Shown: positions 31,856 to 45,346 of the stretch, one piece after another | Layout of the letters: the number at the start of each line of letters is the position of its first letter | Numbering within the stretch: position 1 is the stretch's first letter | Assembly (NCBI RefSeq): GCF_041956535.1 | Contig: NW_027192224.1 | Location: 60,195-124,194 of the forward strand | From: Calcarisporiella thermophila CBS 279.70 | Taxonomy: Eukaryota; Fungi; Calcarisporiellomycota | DNA: 64,000 nucleotides | Direction of reading: 5' to 3' | Notes under the pieces: generated by a model | Told to the model about the DNA's origin: nothing | Seen by the model: only the letters and a program-made list of their open reading frames with translations | Database searches by the model: none | Translations under genes and position numbers: made by a program

Positions 31856-32123
31856 CTTTAATAGCAGTTATTTACGCGAAACATAAGGAGAGGGTTGGTG
31901 GCGAAAAGAAATAAAGATAACTAAAAATGTGGAGAGTTAAATCAGGAGAAAAATAAAAAGGTTAGCCGGATATTATTTTTGAAATACGTTGATTGTAAAA
32001 AAGCAAGAAAATCCCCGTGTACGAAATCAATTGTGTAATTTAGTGCCGTATATCATTTTGATTTTGTCCAAATAGTAGAAGGAAAAGTAATATGTAGCCA
32101 GTAATATCAATTGATCCATTCGA

Positions 32124-32352
32124 AAGCGATTTGAGAATATTCTTTAATATATCGATACAATTTTCATCATCTCATTTTTGCTTCTCGAAATGGCATTAAA
32201 GGCAGATTTTTTGTGCAATTTGATAATATGAAGCGATTTTAGCATGTACTTTTCATCAGAATATCGATACAATTTTCATCACTTCACTGATGTTTCTCGA
32301 AATGGCATTAAAGGCGGATTTGTATATATATTTCAATAATCTGAAGCAATTG
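32124..32352. repeat. Degenerate direct tandem duplication, ~110-bp unit, ~2 copies
   Basis: Blocks ATATCGATACAATTTTCATCA and TTCTCGAAATGGCATTAAAGGC(A/G)GATTT each occur twice about 112 bp apart; AAGC(G/A)ATT recurs at 32124, 32231 and 32344. Confidence 0.85.
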
Positions 32353-32989
32353 TAAGGGACGACTATAAATGCATCATTTTTGTGACCTATAATTACTATA
32401 CAATATAAAGGATTTATGCTTTAAGAGTCATTTTTAATGGTCCGGATTGGTAGTCGCAATATAACAAATTCTAGAGATAGATAAAATGACTGAAGCCAAA
32501 AGTGAGCTAAAGATTGTTGTAATAGTATTGTATAATCATGTCTGTTTGCAGTGCTTAGGTCATATTGGCTTGCTTAGAGAAAAAGAGCCATTGTGACTTT
32601 GCCGCTTAACCGTTTCACTGTGAGAAGCTCTTTATATTTATATTCGGAGGAGAAAATACCACTTAGAGACTCGGGCTTAAAAAAAGTACTAGGCGGAGTC
32701 CTTTTTAGAATATTTTAGAAAACTTGAACTTTAAAAATTCTCCCAGTTTGGAGAAAATGTATCATATCCCGAAATTGAACCTAAATAGGCTCGTTCTGTA
32801 AATTCTACGTCACGGGTTTCTCCGACTTTAACAGGTTGCACACTAGTATATGTGGGGAGATAATTGTTATAAAAACAGAATATATCAATTAATGGCTGAA
32901 TTCAAGAGCTTGGCACAACAGATAAAAGAGAAAAGTCTGTATTTTCTTTGCAAACTTTGGTGCAATTAGTCCTATAGCCAAAAGTCCCT

Positions 32990-35900
32990 ATGGATTCTCA
33001 AGCTCCACTTGCTGAAGGCCTTACCCCAGAGGAGAAGCACGTCATTGAGCTACAGACCGCAACTCCACCGGCACGCGTAGGCTTCTTGCGGCTATTCAGA
33101 TTCGCTGCTCCCAGTGATACCGCTATGATGGGTGTCGGATTATTAGGTGCTGCAGTCGTGGGCGTTGCTATCCCTTTTCTATCGTAAGCTGATCGCAGTC
33201 TTTAGTCTAATTCTCCTTTACCAAACACGGTGCTAACATCCCCATATCTTGAAGTGTGGTGTATGGGGAGCTGGTCGATACTCTGACTGCATATGTGTTG
33301 GGTAGAATTGGACCGGAGGAGTTCAGCAATAAACAAACAGAGTATTGCCTCTTCTTTCTTTTTATTGCAATCGTTACCTTCATATGCTCTGTAACTATAC
33401 TACTATACTTGTTCTTGGATCTGTTCATCCTTAACTTATCCTATTTTCTCATAATCCTCACAAGTACGCTTACATGTCCATGTGGGTCTATTCTGGAGAG
33501 CGCCAGGCACGACGCATCCGCGAGAAGTACCTGGAAGCAATCCTTCGCCAAAACATCGGGTATTTTGACAAGGTAGGCTACTAGCAGCCTAGGGTAGCTA
33601 GAGTGATTGCCGCTAATAGAATGCATTTCTATGAAAGATCGGGGCAGGAGAAGTTGCTTCTCGCATCACCAATGATACTCACCTTATTCAGAGCGGCATC
33701 TCTGAGCGTATTCCTATTGGATTTCGCGACATTTTCTCATTCTTTGCAGCCTTTGTGATAGCATTTTTTTCATCCTGGAAGCTTACGCTTGTCTGTTTGG
33801 CTGTGGTGCCTCCCCTTGCGATTGCAACTTGGCTGACGACCATGTTCTACGACTTATACGAGCGACGAATCATTGATTTAGTATCTCATGGGGCATCCAT
33901 TGCAGAGGAAGCATTTGCGGCAATAAGAACTGTGCATGCATTCAATGCCCAGCGAAAAATAGAAGAACTATATAATAAGTCAGCGGAAAAAATTAATGAA
34001 GAAGGAAACAAGAAGATGCTCGTATTAGCGATTGGATTGGGAGCAATCTATTTCTTCATTTATTGCATTATTGTGCTTGCATTTTGGTTTGGTAAGTAGA
34101 GGTAACTAGTCGGCATTATTCTCTATCAATAATATTACTGTGACTTAGGGTCGAAGATGTATTTAAACGACGAAATCACTCCAGGCAAGATCACAAATGT
34201 CTTTTACTGTCTCATGGTCGGCTCATTATCTATCGGTAATATTATTTTGCTCCATGTCCCTGCACAGTTCCCATGATAACCAAAAACCTATTCACATAGC
34301 GGGTGTCGGTCCTGCTCTCCAAGCCATATCATCTGCCATCGCCGCAACGGTCAAAGTTTATGAGACCATCGATCGAACCTCCCCCATTGATAGCTCATCC
34401 AGCTCGGGTACCAAACTCCCTGCCCCCATCAAAGGTCGCATCCAGCTGCGGGATGTCTGCTTCCGCTACCCTTCTCGTCCCACTGTCCCCGTGCTTAAAA
34501 ACCTGTCTTTGGATATCGAGCCAGGAACAACCGTGGCTCTTGTTGGTGCATCAGGTTGTGGAAAGTCGACCATCGTAGGGTTGGTGGAGAGGTTCTACGA
34601 CCCTATTTCGGGTCAGGTATTGGTCGATGGGGTTGACGTGAAGGAGTTGCACCTGCAGTTCCTTCGCCAGCAAATGGCATTCGTCGGACAAGAGCCAAAG
34701 CTTTTCAACACCACGATTGCACAGAATGTCGCCTATGGCCTCATCGGGACTGAATGGGAGAATGCACCTAGGGAGAAGCAGCACGGTGTGATTGTCGAAG
34801 CCTGCCGCCTAGCGAATGCACACGATTTCATCATGAAGCTCCCATTGCAGTACGACACAGTGGTGGGTGATGGAGGATTCCTGCTCTCCGGTGGTCAGAA
34901 GCAACGAATCGCGATAGCAAGAGCCATTGTGCGACAACCCCGCATCCTGCTGCTGGATGAAGCGACGTCAGCTCTTGACACGCAGAGCGAAGGGATTGTT
35001 CAGCAGGCTCTCGATCGTGCAGCCAAAGGGAGGACCACCATAGTCATTGCGCATCGGCTCAGCACCATTCGGAATGCAGACAAGATCATTGTGATATCCA
35101 AAGGAGAAATCATCGAGACTGGAACACACGACGAGTTGCTGAAAAGAGAAAGAGGAATGTATGCTCTACTTGTTAAAGCACAAATGCTGAAAAAGAATAT
35201 TGCCGACCCAAAGGACAGAGGGGAAGTAGATTGCTTTCCACCTGAAGATATTGACCCAAGTAAGCTGACTGAGGAGGCCATTACGAAAGAAGCGGTAGAA
35301 ACAGGGGAAGACCCAGAAGCAATTCGTTTACGTCGGCTGGAAACGGGTACGTCGATGCGATCCGCAGCTTCACGCGGACCCGATTCCGTATACAGCATCC
35401 CGAAAGGCAACGATCTTGAAGAGGGGGAATCTTTTGGTCGGAAGAAATATTCATTATCCTATATAATTGGCAAGCTCTTCACGCTCTCGAAAAACGATTG
35501 GCACTTATTGGTAGTGGGTGCAACAGCTGCTGTACTTACAAGTCTCGCGGCTCCAGTTCTTGGCTTTTTAGAGGGAAGCATGCTTCAAGCTTTCACTCTT
35601 CCTCGTGATCAGATCTCGGATGTAAGTGGCCTGCCAATATAGATGCCATGAGATATGCCTTGACAATATTTCACATCATATTATAGAAAACCAACTATAA
35701 CAGCCTCATATTTCTGGCTATTGCAATCGCCGAAGCTGTCTTTAATTTCCTTCACAACTACTTGCTTGGCCTATCGTCGGTACGTCTCACCAAAACTATC
35801 CGCATAAAGAGCTTTAGTACCGCAATGCAGCAAGAGGTGGGATGGTTCGATCGTGATGAAAATACACCAGGAGCATTGGCAAGCAAACTTTCAACCAATG

Positions 35901-37424
35901 CTACCTATGTGGAGGGAATGAGCGGGGCCACCCTAGGTAATATTTTGCAGTCAGTGGGTATTATCATTGCTGGGTTAGTCCTTGGGCTTATTGTTGGATG
36001 GAAAATGACGTAAGTTGTGTAGAGTTTTCGACGCCCCTCTAGCCTCTTAATCTAATATTGCTATATCATATGTATGTTTTAGACTTGTCTGCTTCACAGC
36101 TGTGCCTGTGATGCTATTCTCAGGGTATATGGAAACGGTAATGATGGAGGGATTTCAAGAGACAAATCGCCGATCCCATGAACAGAGTGCACAGCTAGCC
36201 TGCGAGGCTACTACCGCCATCAGAACCGTTGCCTCTCTGACGCGTGAGGCTCAGGTTCTGGAGCAGTATCACCAAGAGCTTGAAAAGCCTGTTCAAAAGT
36301 GCAAGAAGGTAGCGTTTGGATTTTCTCTCCTCTATGGATTTTCAGAGAGTGTGATATTCCTGGCAAATGCTTTGGCCTTTTACTATGGGGGTTTATTGAT
36401 TAAGAGCGGCGAATATGATATCAAGGTAGCTTTGTTTATAGCTCATATCTTTGCCACAAGTTTTCTTATGCTCACTTGTAATTGCATCGTGGTAATTTAG
36501 CAAATTTTTACAGCGATTACATGTATCATTTTCGGAGCACAAAATGCTGGTCGCATCTTCTCATATTCGAAAAATATGTCTAGGGCAAAACATGCAATGG
36601 ATGATATTATTGCATTACTTGAGCGCCGTCCACTCATTGATACCACTTCATCCGAAGGCCTTCCTATCCATCTCTCCACGGGTGAGGTGCGCATCTCCAA
36701 CGTGCACTTCCGTTACCCTACACGGCACCACATCCCGGTGCTGAAGGGTTTGAGCTTGAAGGTTAACCCCGGTCAATTTGCTGCCTTTGTCGGCCCATCC
36801 GGATGTGGAAAATCAACCATCATTGGGTTGTTGGAGCGATTTTATGACGTGCAATCCGGAACTGTATGTCTGGAAGGAGTCAATGTCTCGCAAGCAAACG
36901 TCTCCAACCTCCGAGCGGGAATTGCTATTGTCTCGCAAGAGCCCATTCTGTTTGACATGAGCATCAAAGAGAACATTCTGCTCGGAGCAACGGGTGAGCC
37001 CACACAGAGGGAGATCGAGGATGCTTGCCGACAAGCAAACATCCACGACTTCATCATGTCCTTGCCGGACGGCTATCAAACTCGGGTTGGTGCGCGGGGA
37101 ACGCAGCTCTCGGGGGGTCAGAAGCAGCGGGTTGCAATAGCTCGGGCACTCATTCGGCAGCCGAAGCTGCTTCTCCTCGATGAAGCAACAAGTGCGCTGG
37201 ACTCTGAGAGCGAGAAGGTTGTCCAGGCTGCTCTGGATGCGGCGTCACAGGGGAGGACCACCATCTCGATAGCCCATAGGCTCTCGACAATCCAGGATGC
37301 GGATGTGATCTTTGTCATCAAGAATGGGGTCATTGTGGAGCAAGGCACACACCAGGAGCTGATTGAGAGGAAAGGGCTGTACAGCTTGATGGTACAAGAG
37401 CAAGATATAGACAAGTCAGGATAG
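32990..37424 (+). CDS. ABCB/MDR (P-glycoprotein-like) full-size ABC transporter, ~9 exons
   Basis: TMD-NBD-TMD-NBD; Walker A GASGCGKS and GPSGCGKS, signature LSGGQKQR twice, Walker B LLLDEATSALD twice, H-loop IAHRLSTI twice; eight GT-AG introns reconnect the ORF fragments. Confidence 0.95.
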
Positions 37425-37896
37425 GATCTATTATGATTCTAGCCTAGTATCCCGACAGAGAATATTATTCTGCCTATTTATCCTAGCGTAGAACCTTCTA
37501 CCGTTTATACTAAACAATTTAAAATGCTTCTTAATTTTAGATATTAGACTTAATTACCAATGTTTCTTTTGTGTTGTTAATCCATTTCTCTTTACCTCTC
37601 TATACTTTCTCGGCTCTGCTTTGCATCTAATGGTCAATCTAATTTATTCCCTTCATCTCAAATTCCTTGAAAGAGCGCTGACTACGCAGCTGACTCTATC
37701 CCGTTTATTTCTCTTCTCACTCTAGACATGTTGGAGGAATTTATTGGATATAGTTTGCCATAGGGCGTTTATAAATAAATAGAGGAAGGATTAGTGTAAC
37801 TACAAGATGATGGTTTGCATTACAAATAAAGCAGAGTATAAAAATGGAAATGGAAAAAACGAGCAACGAATCAATGAGATAAATATAGAGGTAAGT

Positions 37897-39941
37897 CTAT
37901 GCGATATTGGCCGATGCGTCGACTTTTTCGCTGGCCCGAGAGGGGTCCTCCTGAGTGGCCTTGCTCACAATATTCTTGGACAGTTTATAGTGGCGAATCA
38001 AGAGACTCACCAACAAGGCGGCCAAGCAAAAGGGGATGTTGGTGATGTTGACCCACCGGATGGCTTGCACATACGAGTTCAGCACAAGAGCTTGGTGCTC
38101 CTTGGACAGACTCTGAATATACGTGTAGGATTGCTTGGCCAAGTCGACGTTGAAATTGGACGGAAGTAGCCCCGCGGCGCGTCGCGATTCAAGAGAGCTG
38201 ATGAGTGAATTGTTGAAGACAGATGATACGACCGCCGTGCCAATCATGTTGCCTGTAGAGCGGAAGAACTGGGAAAGGGCAGACACCAGGGAAACACTGA
38301 ATGACATTAAAGAAGGTTAATCCACGCGTGATATCGAGGCACAAGATGCATGCCCTAGGCCACTTACTCTTTGTAGTCCACCGCGCTCTGTGCGGCAATC
38401 AGCAAAGGCTGCATCAACATGCCTATTCCTGCACCGCCCACTATCAAATATCCAATCTCTTGCGCGCGTGTTGTGTTCTCATCAAGCAATGTCAAGAGCC
38501 CACTCCCCACTGCCATAATAGCCGTGCCTGCCCAAAACAAGAATCGATAGCGACCGGTATACGAGGTGAGGAATCCGGAAAGAATGGAGGTGAACACAAT
38601 GGCTAACATCATGGGAGCAAGCTCAAGTCCAGCCGTGGTGGGTGATTCGCCCTTGATCATCTGGAAATAGACGGTGGTGTAGAGCAGCATCCCAAAGAAG
38701 GCCGCGTTGAATAAGATGGTGGCGAGGAGAGAAGCGCTCACCGAGATATTTCTGAAAACATGGGCTAGGAACAATCGAGGAATCCATAAGTAAGATGGAG
38801 AGAGAGAGAAGAGAGGGAAGAGGGCGATAGGAGAGTTGAAAACTTCCTGAGAAGGGGGTAGGGGGGGGAGCTACTTACTTGAGACGACCGGTTCGACGGC
38901 CACCTTCATCTCAATCCAAATGAACAAGCCAAGCAAAGCAATTCCCGGGAGTAGTGTCCCAAGCACTGGGCCGCTTGACCACGCGTAGTCATTCCCACCC
39001 CAACTGATGGCGAGGAGAATGCCGACCAAGCTAATCGCCAGGACAGCACACCCATACCAATCGATGCGACCCAACTTCTCCCGGAAAGAGCCCTTCACGG
39101 CAGGGAGTCTCAGGAAAAACAGGAGAATGAGCCCGGACACCAACCCCAAGGGGGCGTTGATATAAAATGCCCAACGCCACGAGACGTGATCCGCAAATAC
39201 CCCCCCGAGCAATGGCCCGACAATCGAGGACACCGCGAATACGGCGCTGATGATGCCCTGGTATTTACCACGCTCACGGAGGGAAACAACGTCCGAGATA
39301 ATGATAACTGACATGGTCACAATGCCTCCAGCGCCGATACCAGAGACAGCACGCCCAATAATCAGCACCACCATACTGGGTGCGGCACCGCAAACGATGT
39401 TTCCAACCTCAAAGATCACAATGGCCGATAGGATGACTGTAGTAAACCAATATTACCGAGAAGAGGAGGATTAGACCAGTGACGGGTGAGCCATCTCTCT
39501 CTCATGTTTGCAATCCTACCGTTCCGCCGGCCAAATACATCCGATGCCTTCCCATACATTGGCTGGAAAATAGTCTGGGTAAGTAGGAACGCGGTGGTGA
39601 TCCATGATATCTGATTCAACGAGTTGAACTCTCCGATAATGCTGGGAATGCACGTCGAAATGATGAGGGAGTCGAGCGCAGCCAGGAAAATGGCCGCGGC
39701 AATACTAGAGAAATGCGAGGACAGAATTAACATTGCGAATGGTGAATTGCATTGCTCAATCCAATGCGCAAAACCGCATTCCTCACCCCATATACACAAT
39801 CATCAGTTGCCGGAACGGCAGGTATCTTGCCTGGGTGCCCTCTACCTGCTCCCCCACCTCCTCTTCCTCCTCTTCTCTCGGGACCCTTTTCTCGCCGATA
39901 CCGTCGCTTATAGCGGTTGCTTCAGACGCTTTATCCCCCAT
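37897..39941 (-). CDS. MFS drug:H+ antiporter, DHA2/14-TM family; ~5 exons
   Basis: FLAALDSLII, WITTAFLL, YGKASDVFGRR, GRAVSGIGAGG, GPLLGGVFADHVSWRWAFYINAPLG, IDWYG and FFRSTGNMIG motifs. Confidence 0.92.
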
Positions 39942-41548
39942 CAATGCCGGCTTCGCTGTTGGTGAATAAGAGGCACGATGCACGGGTTAGCAGTTTAATA
40001 TAAACGTGCGCTTGGCTCTTAAAATAGAGTTTTAACGGCTCTAATTTGATAATTTGGGTAATATCGGTCCATGGTCTACCATAACAGGCCACAACTATCC
40101 CTCATCACCGCAGTCCCGAAAAATACAACTAGTCAGCAAGAAAAATCTTTTTTCCGCGGGGGTGATCAGCCTTGAAAATGAGCGACTTCTCCCCAAGTTT
40201 GACCAGGCCCACGGTTGGCCCTCTCCAGCGCCATTGTCACCATCAAGGGTGGAATTCCACTTGGCCTAGCTCTGTGGATAGACCGAGTCCCGAAGCGGTT
40301 TATGGAAAGGGCAATTGCAATTCCATTTTTTCCCCCTAAACCAGAAGAGGATATATTTAAAATCCTGAGGGCTAAGTCAAAACAAAGACGTCCATCCGGA
40401 GCGAGGCGGCTACCGTGCTGGGATTTAGCCGTTTGCGCATCGAATAGAGGTACAATCGTACCTTGGCAGAGGATACTCTATTAGAGTTGGTAGAGGGGGA
40501 TTCGCAGCTTTTTCTCACAAAATTTAGTGACCTTAATCCTAAACCAGTTGGCCATGTTAATCTCGCGATAGTACCATCATGAAGCTTGTTGCGTGTTTCA
40601 CACCCACAATCGTATATCGAAACTACTACGCTAGGAGTCTCCTCCATGCTGGCTGGGAGAGGGTCCCTTCTGCAATGGTATTCCTCTACACGACCGATTG
40701 ACCTCTCGGCTCGTCGGCTCAATATTGCAACCCAATAGCCAATAACGGGGCGGAATCCCGGTTTCAACGAAGGAATCTCCTAGCTAGGCCAGCCCTAGAA
40801 CGTCACTGTTGGTTTATTTTTGGAAAACGGGGAAGAGTCTCTAGAACGGCAACTTGCCTATCTCCAGGCCCGCTCTAAGCAATGGATGCCAACCATAATT
40901 TAGCTCCGTTGGTGCTCAAACCTGCTGGGAAATCGACCAACCGACTCCGGATTCGCCCATTTCTCCTATTCGGTCCACGGCCCACAACCTTAGTAGCCAG
41001 AGGGGGCAAGAGACTAGATTCGGAGGAACGGAGCCAAGCTTTACACAAGATTTGGCCGCTCTCTCAATTGAGCCGGAGTATTTGGGCCGATACTAAACTG
41101 CTTTCATCCCCTCAGGGGGAAGAGTGAAGCTTTTTAAGGTGACTTTGGGCAGAACTCTGCAGAGACACAAGATCGAGGTATCAAATCATATATAAACAAT
41201 AGTAACCTTGCGTTCCATCGGAGTTGAAATACGTGCAGAAAAGTAGAGAATAAATACATACTATATAGGGATGAGACCATAAATAATGTTTAAGTGTAGA
41301 AACCCTAGCGGAGGAAGTGTGTGTGGGGGGGGGAGCTGCTAAGGCTAGTCAAGAAAGAGATGATAAAAGTGACAGGGATCTAAACAGTATATCAGCCGAT
41401 ACAACACCGTGGTGGATGAGATGTAGAGTTGAAATATAAAAGGCTTGGGGGAGGAGATGGGGAGTGTAAAAGAACATACAAGAAAACAATTAATTACAAC
41501 AGGATCGATTGAATTTTGCAATTCCAAGCCGTCAATATGTTTTAAATA

Positions 41549-43397
41549 CTAGAACTTTAGATTCACTATCATCCGGTTGGCCAGGTCTCTTCCAACGACG
41601 CAATAGTATTCCATGATGGCATTACGGATCTCTTCTGAGATACGGAAATGAGGCGTTGCGGTGACGGGCCACAGTTTACCGCCGTAGATGGCCCTGACCC
41701 CCCGCAAATCTTCCGTGGTGACCGTGGCTGGATCTAGAACTCCCGGTGGCAGGGGGCCGATCTGCCTCTCCTCCTCAAAATCCCCATCCTCTTCCTCCTC
41801 TTCTTCCTCCTCTTCGCTATTGGCGACGGATTCAAGCTCTGCCTCCTCATCCTCTTTCCCCAACATTCTCGTATCCTCTTCTGAACGGCCAACTTTTTCT
41901 GGCCCTGCAACATCCTTGGTTTGTGTTGCTCTCTTCTCCGTTTCCTTCCCTTTTGTCGTATCGCCCATCTGTCTATGACCTGCAGCAACCACTTCCCCGT
42001 TCGACCCTGCTTTTCCCCCGGAGTTTCCCTGCTGCTCTATGCTCAAGTTATTGGTGCTCCCCGGATGTTCACCCTGGTCGCCATCAGGCCCCTTCAATAT
42101 ACTCGAAAACTCAGCATAATGCTTGGACTCCAATAGGGGCAAACAGCGCACGTAGGGGGCCCACTGATACGTCTCTGGATCTAATAAATCCGACGGGGAA
42201 TATTCCGCCTTATATCTCATTTTCGGGCAACGGTGGATGTAGAATCCCATGTAATACCACTGCAGGCCGGGCACCCGAGCGTACAAAGACCTAGCCATCG
42301 CGATCTCGCGAAGGGCACTGTATTTCCCGAGCGAGAGGTGGGAAAAATCTGGGTCGTAGAAGAAGTAAACCGACGAGACGCAGGCGGGAAGGATGTCAAG
42401 GACGGCCACGGCAATGAGGCGACCATCGAGACGGTAGGTTTGGTGAAATGAGCCGTAGCCGGGCGTTATGCTCCCCTTTGTGCCGGTAGGGAAGTCCTCC
42501 GGGATGAGGGGCGAATCAACAAGGAAGTTGTAAAAGCCCTCCTTGCGTACGCGAGAGGGGGGATCGTGATGCACGGCGATCTGATACTTGCTGTAGACTT
42601 CGAATTTCTCGTCAGAGTAGGAGGCGGGCTCTAGGCATATCTTTGTGGTTTAAATTAGCATGATAGGATTGGTTGATTATCAGTGCGCTAGACTTCTTAT
42701 TAAAAGACCTGATCCAAACCCACCTCGAACGGATGTTCCGAATCCGGCTCGCCCTCTACCTTCCTCAGAAGCTCAATCCACTCAGGCAGGCTGCCCACAC
42801 CATCGCCGTTTTCCTCCCTCGCGTCAGCGCCCACAACATCAGTGTCCGACAACCGGTGTTTTCTCTTTCGGAGTCTCTCGTCCCCTATTGGCCGCTTCCC
42901 CCGCACATACTTGTTGAACTTCCCGATGATTTTCTTCTGGGATTTCGATGGCGAAAACCGCGTCGAGTCGAGTCGAATAGTGTACTGAGGACAACAACTA
43001 TCGCGTAGATTTGGTTTGTATATGTAGCATCCGGATCTGTTCGCGCATCCCAAGCGATATTAAATAAAGAAATCATGTTCGTGAGAGGATGATCATTCGA
43101 GCATGATCCACGTAGAGCAATCACAGGACACTCACCTTCTCCATCCTCGATCTATCAAACATTGATAATCCTGATGCCCGGCATCGTATAAGGCGAACAC
43201 AATGGAAGAAGAGAGCTAAGCTAAGGCTCTAAAAATAGACACATCGAAACGGCACCATTGTTCCTTACCATGCAGGTCAAATACATGGCCACCATGCCAT
43301 AGGTCCGAGAGCTGGATTTCCCCTTACAATAGCCGCAGTTGGACACCCCGTATCCACTGGGCATTACGACTGACACGGAAATAGAGGGACGCGACAT
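41549..43397 (-). CDS. ATE1: Arginyl-tRNA--protein transferase (exons 43397-43269, 43170-43136, 43036-~42725, ~42640-41549)
   Basis: [81 protein letters not shown]. Confidence 0.95.
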
Positions 43398-45346
43398 GCT
43401 GATCTCGGGAGCCGATACGGCGGAGCCTTATGTAACACGTGAAGAGTTTCGAGCAAGCTGCTGATTAATAATCGGGAGACAAGAAAGCGAAGGATTCAGA
43501 CGATTAGCCTTGGAATGCTCCTCGACATACTGGGGGGAGGGGGTGGGGGGAGAGAAGAGGAGATGAGAATCGACGAAGCTGGAGCAGCTCTATTCTCTTA
43601 GGAGGGGCGAACAGGCTTTGCGAATTCAAACTCTGTGCTGCGCCAGAGGATCAAAGACCAGCAATCAATGCGCAGGAGCTTCTTTTTCCCCTTTTCTGAT
43701 CTTGCTTTAAGGTTCGGCGGGATGGGATGCTGGCAGAGAGAACACGGGCAACGCAGCCTTAGTCACAATAGGAGTCATGCATCTGCGCAAGCATCCTCTG
43801 TCCACGATGCATCGGCCGGCCCAATGAGTAAGGCGACGGGCCCGATCCTCATCGAATCCCCCGCGAATCGGCCGCGCCGCCCCACCCCGGCGGAAGCGCA
43901 GCGTTCCCTCCATCCAAGGTCGGCGGAGCAAAGCTTGTTTTCTTCCCTGAACCTAGCGCGAACCTCGATCCAGATGCGCGCAACCGCCGTGGAGTTGGGG
44001 CTCCGACCACGAGCTTAACCTCAGGCACAGCACCGCCATTGTGGAGATCGGGCCCAACCGGCTGCGTTTGGGTTCTCCATCCGCCTGAGGGCCTTCCCCC
44101 ACACTCAACCCTAACCTTGAGGCAGAGCCGCCCCCTTCACCCCAGGCTATCGGACCTCGCGCCTTCGCCGCTTTTGTTCCATATATGTCAAGCGAGGATT
44201 CCTCGTTGCATGCTGCACTCATTGATAAGCCATCCTCCTCTAGGACCAACCGGGGGCGGATGCCTTCGCCTTCCCTTCTCCCTCTTGCCGTAATCAAGCA
44301 GCTCCTCTACAATGAGGCATCTGACAGGCAAGCCCATTTCAGGTCGAAATGCCGCTTTTCCAAGCAGCTGTTCTGGTCACTTTAGTACGGAGGCATCATC
44401 ATCGCTTGACCATGGTTGCTTCCCATCACCCAGTGCAATAGTGAAGCGTGGCTGTAGCAGCTTGCAAATTAGAACCTCCTCCATTTGTAATGCCCTAGTG
44501 GCGCGCGCGGACATCGACTGACATTTGCACTGAGAATAGGAGACATGTGGTAATGTTAAGTCGTATGCTCGTCACAGAGTACCATAGCTGTTTTCCGGCT
44601 TTGGTGAGCTGAGCTCGAGATTCTTAAAGGCCCACAATATTCGTGGCATACAATGACTATATGCATGAAAGCACCGATAAAATTGGATTGTTTCAACTAA
44701 TTCAATTGATTTTTTTTGTCTGGCTCATGAATGTTTGTGGTTGGAGCATACTCGTCAGACCAGCCATTCAATTGTATGTACAAATTTCAGGAGATTCATC
44801 TCAGAACAAGAACGCCGTTACATCATGTCTTTTTTTCAAAAATATTCATTCTCCCTCACTGGTGCTCTTTCTCGTTTGCTTTTCATCTAATTCACAAGTG
44901 CGCCACTGCACCCTCCTTAGCATAACGGCAATCGACATAGAGTTGTAAAGAGTTCGCCCTGCAGCCATCACGATGGCGGAGCACGCAAATCCAAGCATGC
45001 ATGCGATAATAACTAAGCAGCGTGTTGTGGGATAATATCTTCACTGATCTAGGCCAATCTCTCGCCTCGATCTCTCCTCTCATCCCGCCTTGGCTGCATA
45101 GACGCACTCCCCGTCGCCGATGAATTTCCAAGCCGCCGTGGTGGTTTATTGGACCAACCCTTTTTTATCTTGCTTTCTTTCTATAATTAGGGCGGTTGTT
45201 TATTGAGACACAATCAGGCGGAGAAGGTGGGCCACGTTCGGGAATCAACGCCCGGATGAAGAACAATACAAAGCCAAACCCAGCTTGTTTTACCCGACCG
45301 GTTTGGATACAGCGAGGGTGCAGAGATTTTCGCAACCGCCAGGCGC

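Noticed and set aside
33391-33464. U12-type intron in the ABCB gene (TCCTTAAC branch-like sequence)
   Set aside because: The donor is GTAACT, not RTATCCTT, so it is most likely an ordinary U2 intron.
33000-36600. Fragmented ORFs read as pseudogenes or frameshifts (ABCB; likewise MFS, UBC9, ADE6)
   Set aside because: The breaks I traced are explained by GT-AG introns that restore the frame.
40450-40582. Retroelement RNase H remnant (VEGDSQL)
   Set aside because: Only a short stop-bounded frame with no other RT/RNase H motifs or LTRs.
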